This document shows, one piece after another, positions 1-9,389 of a DNA stretch of 64,000 nt (position 1 is the stretch's first letter; each line of letters begins with the position of its first letter). Both the position numbers and the translations under genes were made by a program. Origin of the DNA: a phage; the sequence record PQ724392.1. One strand, written 5' to 3'. Under the pieces are notes generated by a model. The model searched no databases. It was not told the DNA's origin and saw only the letters and a program-made list of their open reading frames with translations.

Positions 1-479
1 GCCGTCCTGATATCTCGTTGGTTCCAGAATACAACCGGCTCCAGGCCATAGGTATTCAATTCACGCTCGGGAATACCCTCATTGCGCTGTAGGTCACGGA
101 TAAGGTCAACAAACAACGGGAAGTCAAAAGACATTCCACGACACCACATAAGGCTTTCATATTTGTTAATTCCATTACCATTCAGATAGTCAATCGCCTG
201 TTGGATACCAGTCAAAGTATCAACATCTTGCGCAGAAGGAGCCAAGTTAACACGGGCTTCTGCTGATTGCTTTTTCCACCAACCCATGGTTGTTGTATCG
301 AACAGACGCTTACCTTTTTGGTATTCAAGGCTAAACTTGATACGTTTGCCGCGATTAACCAGGGTTTCGAATGATTCCACAATAGCAGGGTCAGATTCGA
401 ATGTAATCAGAGCCAGGTCAATAACGGCTCCCTTCGAGCCGTTTCCTAGAGTTTCAAAGTCAATAATAGCATCAATCAT
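1..479 (-). CDS. dexA: exonuclease A (DexA), N-terminal part; gene runs off the window start
   Basis: Minus-strand frame starting at ATG 479-477 and open to position 1; N-terminus MIDAIIDFETLGNGSKGAVIDLALI with DnaQ-type DFET motif, matches remembered T4 DexA; lies next to dda as in T4. Confidence 0.75.
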   Translation of the reverse strand, partial: MIDAIIDFETLGNGSKGAVIDLALITFESDPAIVESFETLVNRGKRIKFSLEYQKGKRLFDTTTMGWWKKQSAEARVNLAPSAQDVDTLTGIQQAIDYLNGNGINKYESLMWCRGMSFDFPLFVDLIRDLQRNEGIPERELNTYGLEPVVFWNQRDIRT

Positions 480-556
480 CGCACATCTCTTTTAATTTTT
501 GAATTTCACCAGCAACCATCGCACATCTCTTTTAATTTCTGAATTTCACCAGCAAC
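477..556. repeat. 40-bp tandem duplication, 2 copies, 1 mismatch
   Basis: Copy 1 477-516 and copy 2 517-556 (catcgcacatctcttttaattt[t/c]tgaatttcaccagcaac) read directly; spans dexA start codon and 3' end of upstream ORF. Confidence 0.9.
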
Positions 557-787
557 ATAGTCGGAGATAAAAATCCCTGGCTCTTCATTGTTAAAATATT
601 CAATCGCGGCCATACGTTTCCGAATAAGATTCAGTTCCAGTAAAACATAATTACCCTGCACGACGATAGTCGGATTATCTTCGAAAAATTCAACCGCGTC
701 CTGAATACCATAGATAAGATTATCTAAATCTTCTTTATGTACTTTATACATAATATGCGTCGTACCTCGCTCGTGTGATTCCAACAT
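506..787 (-). CDS. hypothetical protein
   Basis: ORF track; start probably internal Met near 751 because 787 would overlap dda; C-terminal codons lie inside the tandem duplication. Confidence 0.4.
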   Translation of the reverse strand: MLESHERGTTHIMYKVHKEDLDNLIYGIQDAVEFFEDNPTIVVQGNYVLLELNLIRKRMAAIEYFNNEEPGIFISDYVAGEIQKLKEMCDGCW

Positions 788-2072
788 AAGCCAACTGGCT
801 CGCTAATGAAGCTTCGGCCATATGGATGCATGGAGTATAGATGAATGCTTTGTCCACTGAAACGCCTTGGGCCTTGTGGATTGTACTGACCGGAAGAGCA
901 CGAACTTTCAAGAAGGTCCTGCGCGCTTTCCAGAAGTCTTTCCACTCTGGACGTTTACCAGCGGCTTTCATCTGTTTGTATGTGTCAGCAACTTTCGCCA
1001 GATATGCCTGGAATTTTGGTTGCTGGTCTTCTGGTAAAACTTTAATGCGGTCAACCTGATATTCTTCATCTTCATCAATTGACTCAACTTCCAGGTCCCA
1101 GTAATTAATCACTAACTGGTGCGATTCGCCTTTACAACGGAGAATGGTGGAAGTGTATTTACAATCCTTGATACGAACCAACTGACCATTATTAAAAATG
1201 GTTTCGCTGAATTTCTTACCTTCAAATTCCAGCTCTTTCATGTGCGGCTCTTGCATAACCAGGACTTCATACGGTAAAAATGCTTTATCCGTTTCATATA
1301 GCTTGCGACGAATAATATTGTTCAGTTTTTCAACTGATTTATTCGTGTATGCATACATCCTGTTTTCCATCAACATATCAGCATCTTTTACAATACTGAA
1401 ATAGTTTACCATGAAATCCTTTAAAGCAGTTTGTGAGGTGAAACCTTGCACACCATGACCTTCATACATACAGTCACGGAACCAACCCCCATTACGAATT
1501 TCTGTCGCCACTTCAATGATAGGAGCATTACTTCGCATAACCTCAGTCAGATGAATCTGTTTGAACTTAGGATGCGTAAAGAATGGACTTATCTTTTGTT
1601 GTGTACTTCCTGGGTCAACCGGCTGCAGCTGGTGCATATCACCAATCCCAAGAATAGTACACCATTCAGGAACAGAGTTAAGAATAATCTTAAACAGAGA
1701 CCCGTCATACATACTTGCTTCATCGCAAACCAGAACATTACATTTTGACATGTCAGGCATTTCGCGCTGTTCAAAAACGTTTTGGTCTTCATATGTGGTC
1801 GGGTTAATCTTCAAGATACTATGGATTGTATTCGCTGTTTGACCAGACAATTTAGATAAAACTTTTTTCGCCTGGTGAGTTGGTGCAGCGAGCACAATTC
1901 CCATAACTCCATTACGCACTAAGTGGTCAATGACAAATTTTGTCAGAGTGGTCTTACCTGTGCCAGCTGGACCATTCAGAGTGATACATTCCCCTGAACG
2001 CCGCTGAATAGCTTCAGTGATATAATCAAAAGCTTCTTTTTGTCCTGTGTTCAAGTCTTCAAATTTAATCAT
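744..2072 (-). CDS. dda: Dda DNA helicase (SF1)
   Basis: 442 aa; Walker A GPAGTGKTT; near full-length match to remembered T4 Dda including C-terminal YV; ATG confirmed at 2072. Confidence 0.9.
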   Translation of the reverse strand: MIKFEDLNTGQKEAFDYITEAIQRRSGECITLNGPAGTGKTTLTKFVIDHLVRNGVMGIVLAAPTHQAKKVLSKLSGQTANTIHSILKINPTTYEDQNVFEQREMPDMSKCNVLVCDEASMYDGSLFKIILNSVPEWCTILGIGDMHQLQPVDPGSTQQKISPFFTHPKFKQIHLTEVMRSNAPIIEVATEIRNGGWFRDCMYEGHGVQGFTSQTALKDFMVNYFSIVKDADMLMENRMYAYTNKSVEKLNNIIRRKLYETDKAFLPYEVLVMQEPHMKELEFEGKKFSETIFNNGQLVRIKDCKYTSTILRCKGESHQLVINYWDLEVESIDEDEEYQVDRIKVLPEDQQPKFQAYLAKVADTYKQMKAAGKRPEWKDFWKARRTFLKVRALPVSTIHKAQGVSVDKAFIYTPCIHMAEASLASQLAYVGITRARYDAYYV

Positions 2073-2368
2073 GCCAATTTTACTCGCTTAACATATAAAG
2101 TATCTAAAATTAATTTCAATTCTCGTGCGTGTTCTTCAGTAGGAAAAACAGTTTTTGTTTCACGCTTATCAAACCACCACTTCCTGGGAATATACCGTGT
2201 TTCAATACGTCCCATGCGTAAATAGCGGTTTGTAGTATATGAATAGTTGGCAAGTTCATAATCTGCACCCGCTTTTGTGGCGTATAAGGTAACCTTTCCA
2301 TCATACTCCAATGGGTGTTCAAAACCATCTTTATCTTTATGGACCAGCACATATGCGTAGTACATCAC
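2069..2368 (-). CDS. hypothetical protein
   Basis: 99-aa ORF whose stop overlaps dda start; no motif recognised. Confidence 0.4.
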   Translation of the reverse strand: MMYYAYVLVHKDKDGFEHPLEYDGKVTLYATKAGADYELANYSYTTNRYLRMGRIETRYIPRKWWFDKRETKTVFPTEEHARELKLILDTLYVKRVKLA

Positions 2369-2369
2369 A

Positions 2370-3113
2370 TTAACCTCTAATCAGTTTAAAAATTGACGCG
2401 TTCAAAGGCAGACCACGTTTCAGTTTAAGGCGGTCAATGAATGACAACTTATCTAAACGCTCCAGACCTTGAATAATTTTATCATACATATCGTAACGCG
2501 TTTCAGCGTCAGATGATTTCATTTTCAGACGCCAGTCAGGACCACCCATAACCATTTTCAGCCCACGTTGACTAGTTCCGATGGAAGCCATTTGTCCATG
2601 GATACGAGCCTTGACTGCAATCACAGAAGGGGTAGTATCTTTAGCGCCACTTTTATAAAGCTCTTTTAAATGTTTTTGACGCTTCTTGATTCCACGTTCA
2701 GTATCTTTAATATTTTTAACAATTTTGCGAATTTTATAATAGTCAGCAGGAGTTACTTTAAAACTATTGGGCATCTTAGAACCGCCATTAATACGCACCG
2801 CCAAACGAGTCTGTGCACGTTTAAGTTCATCAAGAGATAAATCAGCACGTAAACCGTTGTACTTAGTTTTGACAGGGATAACATTGCCTTCAATATAACC
2901 TATATCATTGTTAAAGCGTTCAAAGGAAACTTTATCTTGAGTTGAATTTTCATCAAAACGTTCACCAGAATACGCACAGAATTCCTGTTTCAAAAGATTG
3001 GCGATATACTTACTAGACAGATTGAAATCCTTGTTACGACGTTTTGCAGACGTTTTGGTATGCTCGCGACGTTTGTAAACTTTTAATTCAAACTCTTCTT
3101 TTGACATATTCAT
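2370..3113 (-). CDS. HNH-family homing endonuclease-like protein
   Basis: 247 aa; CAYSGERF ... FERFNNDIGYIEGNV resembles HNH nuclease core; basic DNA-binding-like C-terminus; inserted between mod-like genes and dda. Confidence 0.5.
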   Translation of the reverse strand: MNMSKEEFELKVYKRREHTKTSAKRRNKDFNLSSKYIANLLKQEFCAYSGERFDENSTQDKVSFERFNNDIGYIEGNVIPVKTKYNGLRADLSLDELKRAQTRLAVRINGGSKMPNSFKVTPADYYKIRKIVKNIKDTERGIKKRQKHLKELYKSGAKDTTPSVIAVKARIHGQMASIGTSQRGLKMVMGGPDWRLKMKSSDAETRYDMYDKIIQGLERLDKLSFIDRLKLKRGLPLNASIFKLIRG

Positions 3114-3248
3114 GATATTTTTCTCATCTTACGGACGATTGAATAACTCAGTACGGAATCATTATATACTATTCATCTTTTATGTACACTACTTTTTCAC
3201 CTTTAACGCTTTTATTTTTACTGTGTATAATGGTTCTAAGGTCTTTGG

Positions 3249-3863
3249 TTAGTTCAAAACAGTTAAATGCCAAACAGTATACAGGTTATTCAATGGGTGT
3301 GTTTCAATCAAGTCTACGCGGAGCGTAGTCCCAGCGGGAAACATAAACTCATCTTCATCATTAACCAGGTGCAAGTTTGACTTCCTGGTTGCTTCTGGAT
3401 ATGCACCATTGAACTCTTCAGGAGGAGCACCGCAAATCATTTTGAAGATTGCTTCCTGATAGTTATACGCATATGGTGCATTGTTTATACAGAAAATGTT
3501 CCTTGTGCCATAGAAACTGTATGATGCAAAATTTCTTGCAACCTGCCAGTCCCTGGAAAAACTCATTACACGATTGAATTCAATTGTTGCGCCAACATAT
3601 CTTAAATCTTCCAGGTATTCCATGGTTTTCTTTGATATACCACGGAACAATGCTGCCGGCGGCGCAGTATTCAGATTGTTGCGGATAATCCTGGACAAGT
3701 CTTCTTGAATCAGGTCGGGTTTATTTTCCATACACTGCCAGAGTACTGATTGCTCATTATCTGTATAAAGAGCATCAATCTCCGCTTGACATTGGTTACG
3801 AAAAGACTCACTAGAAGCGGCAGTGTCAATAATTCCATTCAAAACGTCATCAGTGTACAGCAT
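3249..3863 (-). CDS. ADP-ribosyltransferase, ModA/ModB-like
   Basis: R-S-E pattern (LFRGIS, SFS, EDEF); paralog of next gene; start moved to ATG 3863 because the promoter/leader repeat lies inside the longer ORF-track frame. Confidence 0.6.
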   Translation of the reverse strand: MLYTDDVLNGIIDTAASSESFRNQCQAEIDALYTDNEQSVLWQCMENKPDLIQEDLSRIIRNNLNTAPPAALFRGISKKTMEYLEDLRYVGATIEFNRVMSFSRDWQVARNFASYSFYGTRNIFCINNAPYAYNYQEAIFKMICGAPPEEFNGAYPEATRKSNLHLVNDEDEFMFPAGTTLRVDLIETHPLNNLYTVWHLTVLN

Positions 3864-3925
3864 TTTATTATCCTCATCAGTAGTTGATAGGAACATCTTA
3901 ACGTGTCTTATTGCTCTTGTACACA
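3864..3925 (-). promoter_or_regulatory. early promoter cassette (-35 GTGTAC, N18, -10 TAAGAT, conserved leader)
   Basis: Gene-sense reads GTGTAC-N18-TAAGAT then leader CCTATCAACTACTGATGAGGA before ATG; member of repeated cassette family. Confidence 0.45.
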
Positions 3926-4468
3926 GTCAAGAACATAATAATCACCAACAAATCCAGCATCAACTACCACGAATTTCTGGTCAACTGGAACAAACCATTC
4001 AAGCTCAGAATCAATCATGTCCATGTATTCTTCGCGCCTTAATGTAGCTGCCCGGACGGAACCAGAAGCTGTATTGAAGAATTCCAGTGGAACGTCAAGC
4101 GCGATTTTGCGCATCGCATCATGGTAACAAAAAGCTTTGGTCTGATTCAATCTGACGATAGTCCTTGTCACATATTCCATTGCAGCAAAATCCCTGGCAA
4201 TACCATAGTCTTCTGTAAAGGAGGTTACCCGTCCAAATTCAAAAGGTTGCATTGATTCTTTTGCTTCATCTAACAAATCAATCTCTTGCTGGGTTACTCC
4301 GCGCCACAAGACTGTATCGGGTATAGACAACCTTGACTTGATGATTGAGTTGACATTTGAATGCAAGGTCTTATCAACCTTTGATGTGCGGCATTCAAAT
4401 AATGAAGCTATCTCCATTTCACTAAATTTTAACTGGTTGGGTTCGGTATCAGATTTGATGATGTTCAT
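3908..4468 (-). CDS. ADP-ribosyltransferase, ModA/ModB-like
   Basis: 186 aa; R-S-E pattern (LWRGVT, SFT, ELEW); paralogous to 3249..3863. Confidence 0.6.
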   Translation of the reverse strand: MNIIKSDTEPNQLKFSEMEIASLFECRTSKVDKTLHSNVNSIIKSRLSIPDTVLWRGVTQQEIDLLDEAKESMQPFEFGRVTSFTEDYGIARDFAAMEYVTRTIVRLNQTKAFCYHDAMRKIALDVPLEFFNTASGSVRAATLRREEYMDMIDSELEWFVPVDQKFVVVDAGFVGDYYVLDCVQEQ

Positions 4469-4524
4469 AATGGTCTCTCTGTTGTAAGAAAGACCATTAT
4501 GTCATTAGGAGGGGAGTAAGTAAA

Positions 4525-4794
4525 CTACTTAAACACTCCAAGTGGAACGCCAAAGACTGCAATGTCTACGGCCATACCAATCGGAGATTGGTATGATGGA
4601 GATTGATATGATGAGTAAGAACTTTTCGATTTTATCGGGGTTTCGACTTTAATTGTCTCGGATTCAGTCTTAAGCCTTTGTAAACGATTAATTTTTTGTT
4701 GCTCGATTTCCTTATGAGCATGTTTACGGTCGATATCCAGCGCCGATGTGGGAATATTTGTTAACCAGTTCATTGTTTCACCCATGGTGCCCAT
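4525..4794 (-). CDS. hypothetical protein with Ser/Tyr-rich tail
   Basis: 89-aa ORF; KSSYSSYQSPSYQSP low-complexity segment. Confidence 0.3.
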   Translation of the reverse strand: MGTMGETMNWLTNIPTSALDIDRKHAHKEIEQQKINRLQRLKTESETIKVETPIKSKSSYSSYQSPSYQSPIGMAVDIAVFGVPLGVFK

Positions 4795-4948
4795 GGAGGT
4801 GGGTCGTCGTAATATGAGGCCAGGTCGCGTAGAACTTCCATTGGGAGGCTAAAACCGTGCTTCTGTATAATCGCATCAAGTTCGTCAACTAGGTCCACAC
4901 GGGCTTCCGTAGGAGCTTTAGGCTCTTCAAAAAGTTCAAATAAATCCA

Positions 4949-5431
4949 TTAGTAACCACCGATAGGGCCGTAACCATACATACGAGCTCGGACTTTAGTA
5001 TCGTGCATAGCTTCTTCTGTTAAAGTAAAGCGCAGACCAATATCAAAGTGTTTCCAAATCTGACGTTCGACTTCAGCAAGGTCGTCGGTAGTGGAAATCA
5101 GATATGTGCGACCTTGAAGACGTTCAGTGGCCATTTTATCTCTATCTTTATAGAAAATGGTATCTTCGCCATAAAGGTCTGGGTGACGATAGCCTTTGAT
5201 GTGCAGAGCTTCGGAAACAGTAAACGGACACCCTTCGGCAACATTAACGTTTTTTCTATGAAATACCTTCAGCATAACGTTTTCTGGCATCGTCAAGTTC
5301 ATTAATTTTGTTTCCAATGCAGTGACCGAATCCATGCCATTGTAAACCATGATAAGACATGCGGTAGCATCGTAAGGTCGTGTTTGACCTGCCGAATCAC
5401 GGACATAGAATTCTAATTCGTATACTTTCAT
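4949..5431 (-). CDS. hypothetical protein
   Basis: 160-aa ORF co-oriented with neighbours; no motif recognised. Confidence 0.4.
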   Translation of the reverse strand: MKVYELEFYVRDSAGQTRPYDATACLIMVYNGMDSVTALETKLMNLTMPENVMLKVFHRKNVNVAEGCPFTVSEALHIKGYRHPDLYGEDTIFYKDRDKMATERLQGRTYLISTTDDLAEVERQIWKHFDIGLRFTLTEEAMHDTKVRARMYGYGPIGGY

Positions 5432-5573
5432 AATGTTTTCCTCTTACCGACTAATGGACCATCAGGAACTTTATTTTCCTTGATGTACTTTTCGTTTTCT
5501 TCCATCATTTTACTGCCAATTTTCAAAAGCAAATCCAGTGCTTCTTTTGCTCGGCGTTCAGCATCTTCTTGTG

Positions 5574-5768
5574 TCATGATTTATCTCCGTAGATATCACG
5601 CATCAGTTTAAGCGCTGCTCGTTCAGTCTTCTTTTCCTGCATGGCTTTAAGCCCGTTAACGGCCCATTCTTCGGCTTCACGTTGCATTTCTTCCTCGGCC
5701 CTGGCTACCCAGGAATCATCAATCCCTGGAGTAACCAACCAATCTTTAAGCCAACTTGTAATTCTCAT
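5574..5768 (-). CDS. hypothetical protein
   Basis: 64-aa ORF; N-terminus (SWLKDWL) resembles that of next ORF. Confidence 0.3.
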   Translation of the reverse strand: MRITSWLKDWLVTPGIDDSWVARAEEEMQREAEEWAVNGLKAMQEKKTERAALKLMRDIYGDKS

Positions 5769-6122
5769 TTAATCACACGAGCTGGAAGACGAATCACAGC
5801 TTCCCGAATCATAGGAGGAATAAGACGAATCACCGGTCCACGAACTAACTGCGGCGGCGGTGACCACAATCGAAGTAGTATCGATACTGCTTCGCGCTTG
5901 GGCTTGGGCTTGGGCTCTTTGTTCTTGCAGTCGAGTTAAACGTTTTTGTAGGTCTTCTTCTGACATTGTAGAATATAGGTCTTTTGATTTCGATTTGACC
6001 ACTTCTTCCATCATGCCGTCACCCATGTAAACATATTCTCTTAGCTTAACATCCGGCAGGCTAACCGGAACCACACCTTCACCAGGTTTAGTCTTGAATA
6101 AATTCTTGAGCCAACTAATCAT
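5769..6122 (-). CDS. hypothetical protein with Ser-rich C-terminal tail
   Basis: 117-aa ORF ending DSSYSSYDSGSCDSSSSSCD. Confidence 0.35.
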   Translation of the reverse strand: MISWLKNLFKTKPGEGVVPVSLPDVKLREYVYMGDGMMEEVVKSKSKDLYSTMSEEDLQKRLTRLQEQRAQAQAQARSSIDTTSIVVTAAAVSSWTGDSSYSSYDSGSCDSSSSSCD

Positions 6123-6316
6123 AGGAAACCTCGTTTAAATTCAACTTGACCATCATCATAACGGATTTCAATATTGAATTCTAAAGAGTCATCGTCATGC
6201 ATCATGAATGAATGTACGATAACTTCATCAAACACACCCAGACCATACTTAAAATGGACATCATGAGCAATAATTTCATCTAAAGCTTTGTTTGGTTTAA
6301 TCCAACGGTTTAACAT
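6119..6316 (-). CDS. hypothetical protein
   Basis: 65-aa ORF, stop overlaps next start. Confidence 0.35.
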   Translation of the reverse strand: MLNRWIKPNKALDEIIAHDVHFKYGLGVFDEVIVHSFMMHDDDSLEFNIEIRYDDGQVEFKRGFL

Positions 6317-6392
6317 AGTATTCTCCTCTGTAATTGAAATAATTATACCGCTTCTATTAAAAGCAAAAAGGGAACCCGAAGGTTCCCTATAA

Positions 6393-6626
6393 TTAAACTA
6401 CTGGGGTAGGCGTAAACATCGCCGCGTTCTTAGTTCGCCAATCAGCTGCACTAGACGCTACGGTGACATAAGCGGCCTTTTCGGAAGGAAAAGTCTGATA
6501 GTGTGCATTCGCAATACGATGCTCATTTGAATAGATTTCAAACGGAACAGATACTTCAACACCTTTAACTTCTTTACCTTCACCAGCTGGATGCGTAAAG
6601 GTTTTGATATTAACGAAACCACCCAT
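6393..6626 (-). CDS. soc: small outer capsid protein Soc
   Basis: 77 aa; VNIKTF ... AHYQTFPSEKAAY matches remembered T4 Soc; TATAAATA late promoter upstream. Confidence 0.8.
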   Translation of the reverse strand: MGGFVNIKTFTHPAGEGKEVKGVEVSVPFEIYSNEHRIANAHYQTFPSEKAAYVTVASSAADWRTKNAAMFTPTPVV

Positions 6627-6657
6627 AATTAACTCCTTTGTTGTTTAATTACGGGTG

Positions 6658-6665
6658 TATTTATA
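6658..6665 (-). promoter_or_regulatory. late promoter -10 element TATAAATA
   Basis: Exact TATAAATA on gene-sense strand about 30 nt upstream of soc ATG. Confidence 0.5.
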
Positions 6666-6667
6666 AC

Positions 6668-7186
6668 TTAATAACCCCGGTCCTGACGAGCAAAGTTCTC
6701 AGCGTTTTTCAGGTAATACAATTTAAAGATTTCTTCTGCAGTCAGTCCAAGGCCATGGAACATGTTCAGAACAAAGTGCAGGATATCAATCATCTCAAAT
6801 TTAATTTCGAGCTGGTCTTCGGGAGACAACTCATCAATACGACGATTACGGAATTCAGCATGTTGGACTTTCCATGGTTTCCATACACTAGATGCAGCTT
6901 TCTCGCCATTAGACATACCACCGAGAGAAGTCAGAAGTTCACGGAATTCGTCGTCGACATAATCTTTCTGGTTACGAAGCCATGCAACAACATCACCTGC
7001 AGTAGTCAATTCATCTGGATGTGAGTTATATTCTGGTTTTTCAGTAGCCAGACGAACTTGCAATGATTTCTGCATATCAAGCATAATCTGCAGCGGGTCA
7101 GTACCTTTTGTAATCGCATTGTCATAAGCTTCTTCAGCTTTATCAACACCAGCAATCAGTTGGGAACACTCGTTAAAATGAGCCAT
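6668..7186 (-). CDS. 56: dCTP pyrophosphatase gp56 (MazG-like)
   Basis: Start set at ATG 7186 (MAHFNEC...); matches remembered T4 gp56 through the C-terminal KNAENFARQDRGY. Confidence 0.75.
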   Translation of the reverse strand: MAHFNECSQLIAGVDKAEEAYDNAITKGTDPLQIMLDMQKSLQVRLATEKPEYNSHPDELTTAGDVVAWLRNQKDYVDDEFRELLTSLGGMSNGEKAASSVWKPWKVQHAEFRNRRIDELSPEDQLEIKFEMIDILHFVLNMFHGLGLTAEEIFKLYYLKNAENFARQDRGY

Positions 7187-7251
7187 TATATTTTTCCTTA
7201 TCAATTCATGTTATTTTGTATGTTAATTATATCATATTGGGTTGAAGCATA

Positions 7252-7469
7252 AATACACGGAAGGAGGATATATGCTCAAACTATCTAGTCTAATTCAAGC
7301 CATCAAAGGCAGTCGTAAGCGAACGATTCTGGTCCTTTCGATACTCTGTTTAGTTCTACTCTGGAACTTCGTTGTTGCCCCTGTTGCATTGACACATGGT
7401 GTTATATTACCAGTCATTGCACTCGAATCGGTTGTAGATGTTTCACTGGCATTAATCGGCCTTATATAG
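7252..7469 (+). CDS. small hydrophobic protein, plus-strand
   Basis: ATG 7252 preceded by AAGGAGGA; hydrophobic 72-aa product; followed by hairpin with T-tract; CATAAATA upstream. Confidence 0.45.
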
Positions 7470-7529
7470 GTGGAACTATGTGAACATTATTCTATCAGAT
7501 TTGGAAATTAACCAGTAAGAAAGACAAGA

Positions 7530-7563
7530 AACATCATGGGCTAAAAAGTCCATGATGTTTTTC
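7530..7563. terminator. bidirectional stem-loop terminator
   Basis: 10-bp stem aacatcatgg/ccatgatgtt with T-rich flanks on both strands, between convergent plus ORF and gene 61. Confidence 0.5.
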
Positions 7564-7587
7564 TGTGGAACTTACCGGAATCCCTTC

Positions 7588-8616
7588 CTAAACTTTTGCG
7601 TACTTCGAAAGTCGCATTCTCGCCATCAACCCTTGAGCAACGTTATCGGCCATATATGATTCGATTTGTTCAGGGGTTGCGCCCTCCGATTTAACCATCT
7701 CATTTATGTCTTTCGTATGCCATGGTGCATTGTCCCAGAACATAACGGCTTCACCCGCTTCAACGAGCTTCTTCATACGTTTAATCGTATCCGGATGTCT
7801 TGGCTCGTTGTCCATTACCCATACTCGGGTTTCAGCATAAGGAACGGCTTCCAATGCTAATGTTCCACCAGTTATCGCAATGCTGTTAGGGATAAACAAA
7901 CTATCAATCGGACCTTCCATTACCCACACGCGCTTGCGCTCATCAATCTTGTCTACGCCATAGACTTTGGAAGCTTCTGGGTGAGCTTTGATTGTGATAT
8001 ATTTTTGTGGTGCATCTTTGCGAAGAGCTCGTCCTTGGAAAGATTCGATTTCTTTTTTGCCGTTGAAGATAGGAATAACCAAGCGTGGTTCATTCGTTTC
8101 ATTCTTATACGTCCCAGGATTAACGGAGTTAACTAATGCAGGCCATTTGTTTGTAAACCATAACCGGTTCCAAACATTGCTCGGAATACACCGACTTTTT
8201 ACATACTTAACTATCGGATGCGCTTCTGGTAAAGTATCGATTCTTTCGCAAAAAGCAAGCTCTTCAATAACCGGAGTTTTTTCTTGTTCTTTCGGAGCTT
8301 CTGCAACTTCATTACGTTGTCGACCGAAGGCGTTTTCCTTGTACTTCTCAACCATATATTCCCGGTGCAAATCCGGCTCAAACTCTTTTATGTATTTGCT
8401 TATATGCGTGGAGTAGTCACAGTTAAAACATTTCACGTAAACCGCACCATCAGATGGATTGGTATACGCCCAGAATCGAGCCTTGTGTGAATCTTTCTGG
8501 GAGTCACCACAAACCTTACAACGACAGTTTGCCTTAAATGTGCTCCCGGTGACTTCTCTGTAACGTGGTTGATACGATAAAGCTTTGACTGCAAATTCTC
8601 TATCAATATATGACAT
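7588..8616 (-). CDS. 61: DNA primase gp61
   Basis: 342 aa (T4 gp61 size); zinc-ribbon CRCKVCGD...CFNCDY; position between 56 and 41. Confidence 0.85.
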   Translation of the reverse strand: MSYIDREFAVKALSYQPRYREVTGSTFKANCRCKVCGDSQKDSHKARFWAYTNPSDGAVYVKCFNCDYSTHISKYIKEFEPDLHREYMVEKYKENAFGRQRNEVAEAPKEQEKTPVIEELAFCERIDTLPEAHPIVKYVKSRCIPSNVWNRLWFTNKWPALVNSVNPGTYKNETNEPRLVIPIFNGKKEIESFQGRALRKDAPQKYITIKAHPEASKVYGVDKIDERKRVWVMEGPIDSLFIPNSIAITGGTLALEAVPYAETRVWVMDNEPRHPDTIKRMKKLVEAGEAVMFWDNAPWHTKDINEMVKSEGATPEQIESYMADNVAQGLMARMRLSKYAKV

Positions 8617-8646
8617 AGTTTCCTCATTTCAATGGCCTCGGAGGAC

Positions 8647-8814
8647 CATTATACTGTAGGTTTATCGTCTTTATTCTTACGCTTTTTTGATGGGATTTGT
8701 TCAGGGCCTTTATTGACAACTGCCCCGGAAGTGGTACCTGTTGCGATATTAGTTGGGTTTCCACCTGCATCACCGGCAACCATATCTTCATTGATAAAAT
8801 CTTTGAATGTTTTC
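8647..8814 (-). CDS. small Gly-rich protein with CTS-like N-terminus
   Basis: 55-aa frame translated by hand: MKTFKDFINEDMVAGDAGGNP...; below ORF-track size cut-off. Confidence 0.3.
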
Positions 8815-8835
8815 ATAACACCCCCTTTCCGCTAT

Positions 8836-9027
8836 TTATACAATGAAGATAGCTTTATTGCCATTTGCATCAGTCACTTCATAGGTGTCTTCATGATACA
8901 ACGGAATAATCCAGGTAACACCATCATCAGCGATAACATGGATTGCTTCTTGGTCTTGCGACACGATTTCATATTCTTCAAAAATCTGGAAGACCGAAAT
9001 CTTAGAGCCCGTACACATTGCAGTCAT
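8836..9027 (-). CDS. hypothetical protein
   Basis: 63-aa ORF co-oriented. Confidence 0.35.
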   Translation of the reverse strand: MTAMCTGSKISVFQIFEEYEIVSQDQEAIHVIADDGVTWIIPLYHEDTYEVTDANGNKAIFIV

Positions 9028-9028
9028 A

Positions 9029-9388
9029 TTAACCTCGCTTCATGAAGGCATTAAAAATCTGGTCATCAATATCAGTAGGCAGTTCTTGAGCTTTAACCCA
9101 AGCCCCTTCCAGAATGTCATTTGCTTCAGTAGATATCATGACCCCAATTTCAGGGTTTCCGGTTATCCATGCTGCACAATCGCGTACATTCTTTTTATCA
9201 AATGGATAGCCACGAGTATCTTCATAAGGTCCACTCATTACCATAAATGAGCGAGCCTTTATAATAACATCATCTTTAACGATAATATAACCAATCGCCT
9301 GATTAAACCGAGGCTCACGAAATTCATAACGGGCATTACCATTATTATTGCTCACCAGTTCAAAATTCAGAAAATTATAATAACTCAT
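9029..9388 (-). CDS. hypothetical protein
   Basis: 119-aa ORF; C-terminus DDQIFNAFMKRG shared with next ORF. Confidence 0.4.
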   Translation of the reverse strand: MSYYNFLNFELVSNNNGNARYEFREPRFNQAIGYIIVKDDVIIKARSFMVMSGPYEDTRGYPFDKKNVRDCAAWITGNPEIGVMISTEANDILEGAWVKAQELPTDIDDQIFNAFMKRG

Positions 9389-9389
9389 A

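Noticed and set aside
286-495. 69-aa plus-strand ORF at window start
   Set aside because: Lies antisense within the dexA coding region
477-556. Possible CRISPR-like repeat
   Set aside because: Only two directly adjacent copies with no spacer; no array anywhere in the window
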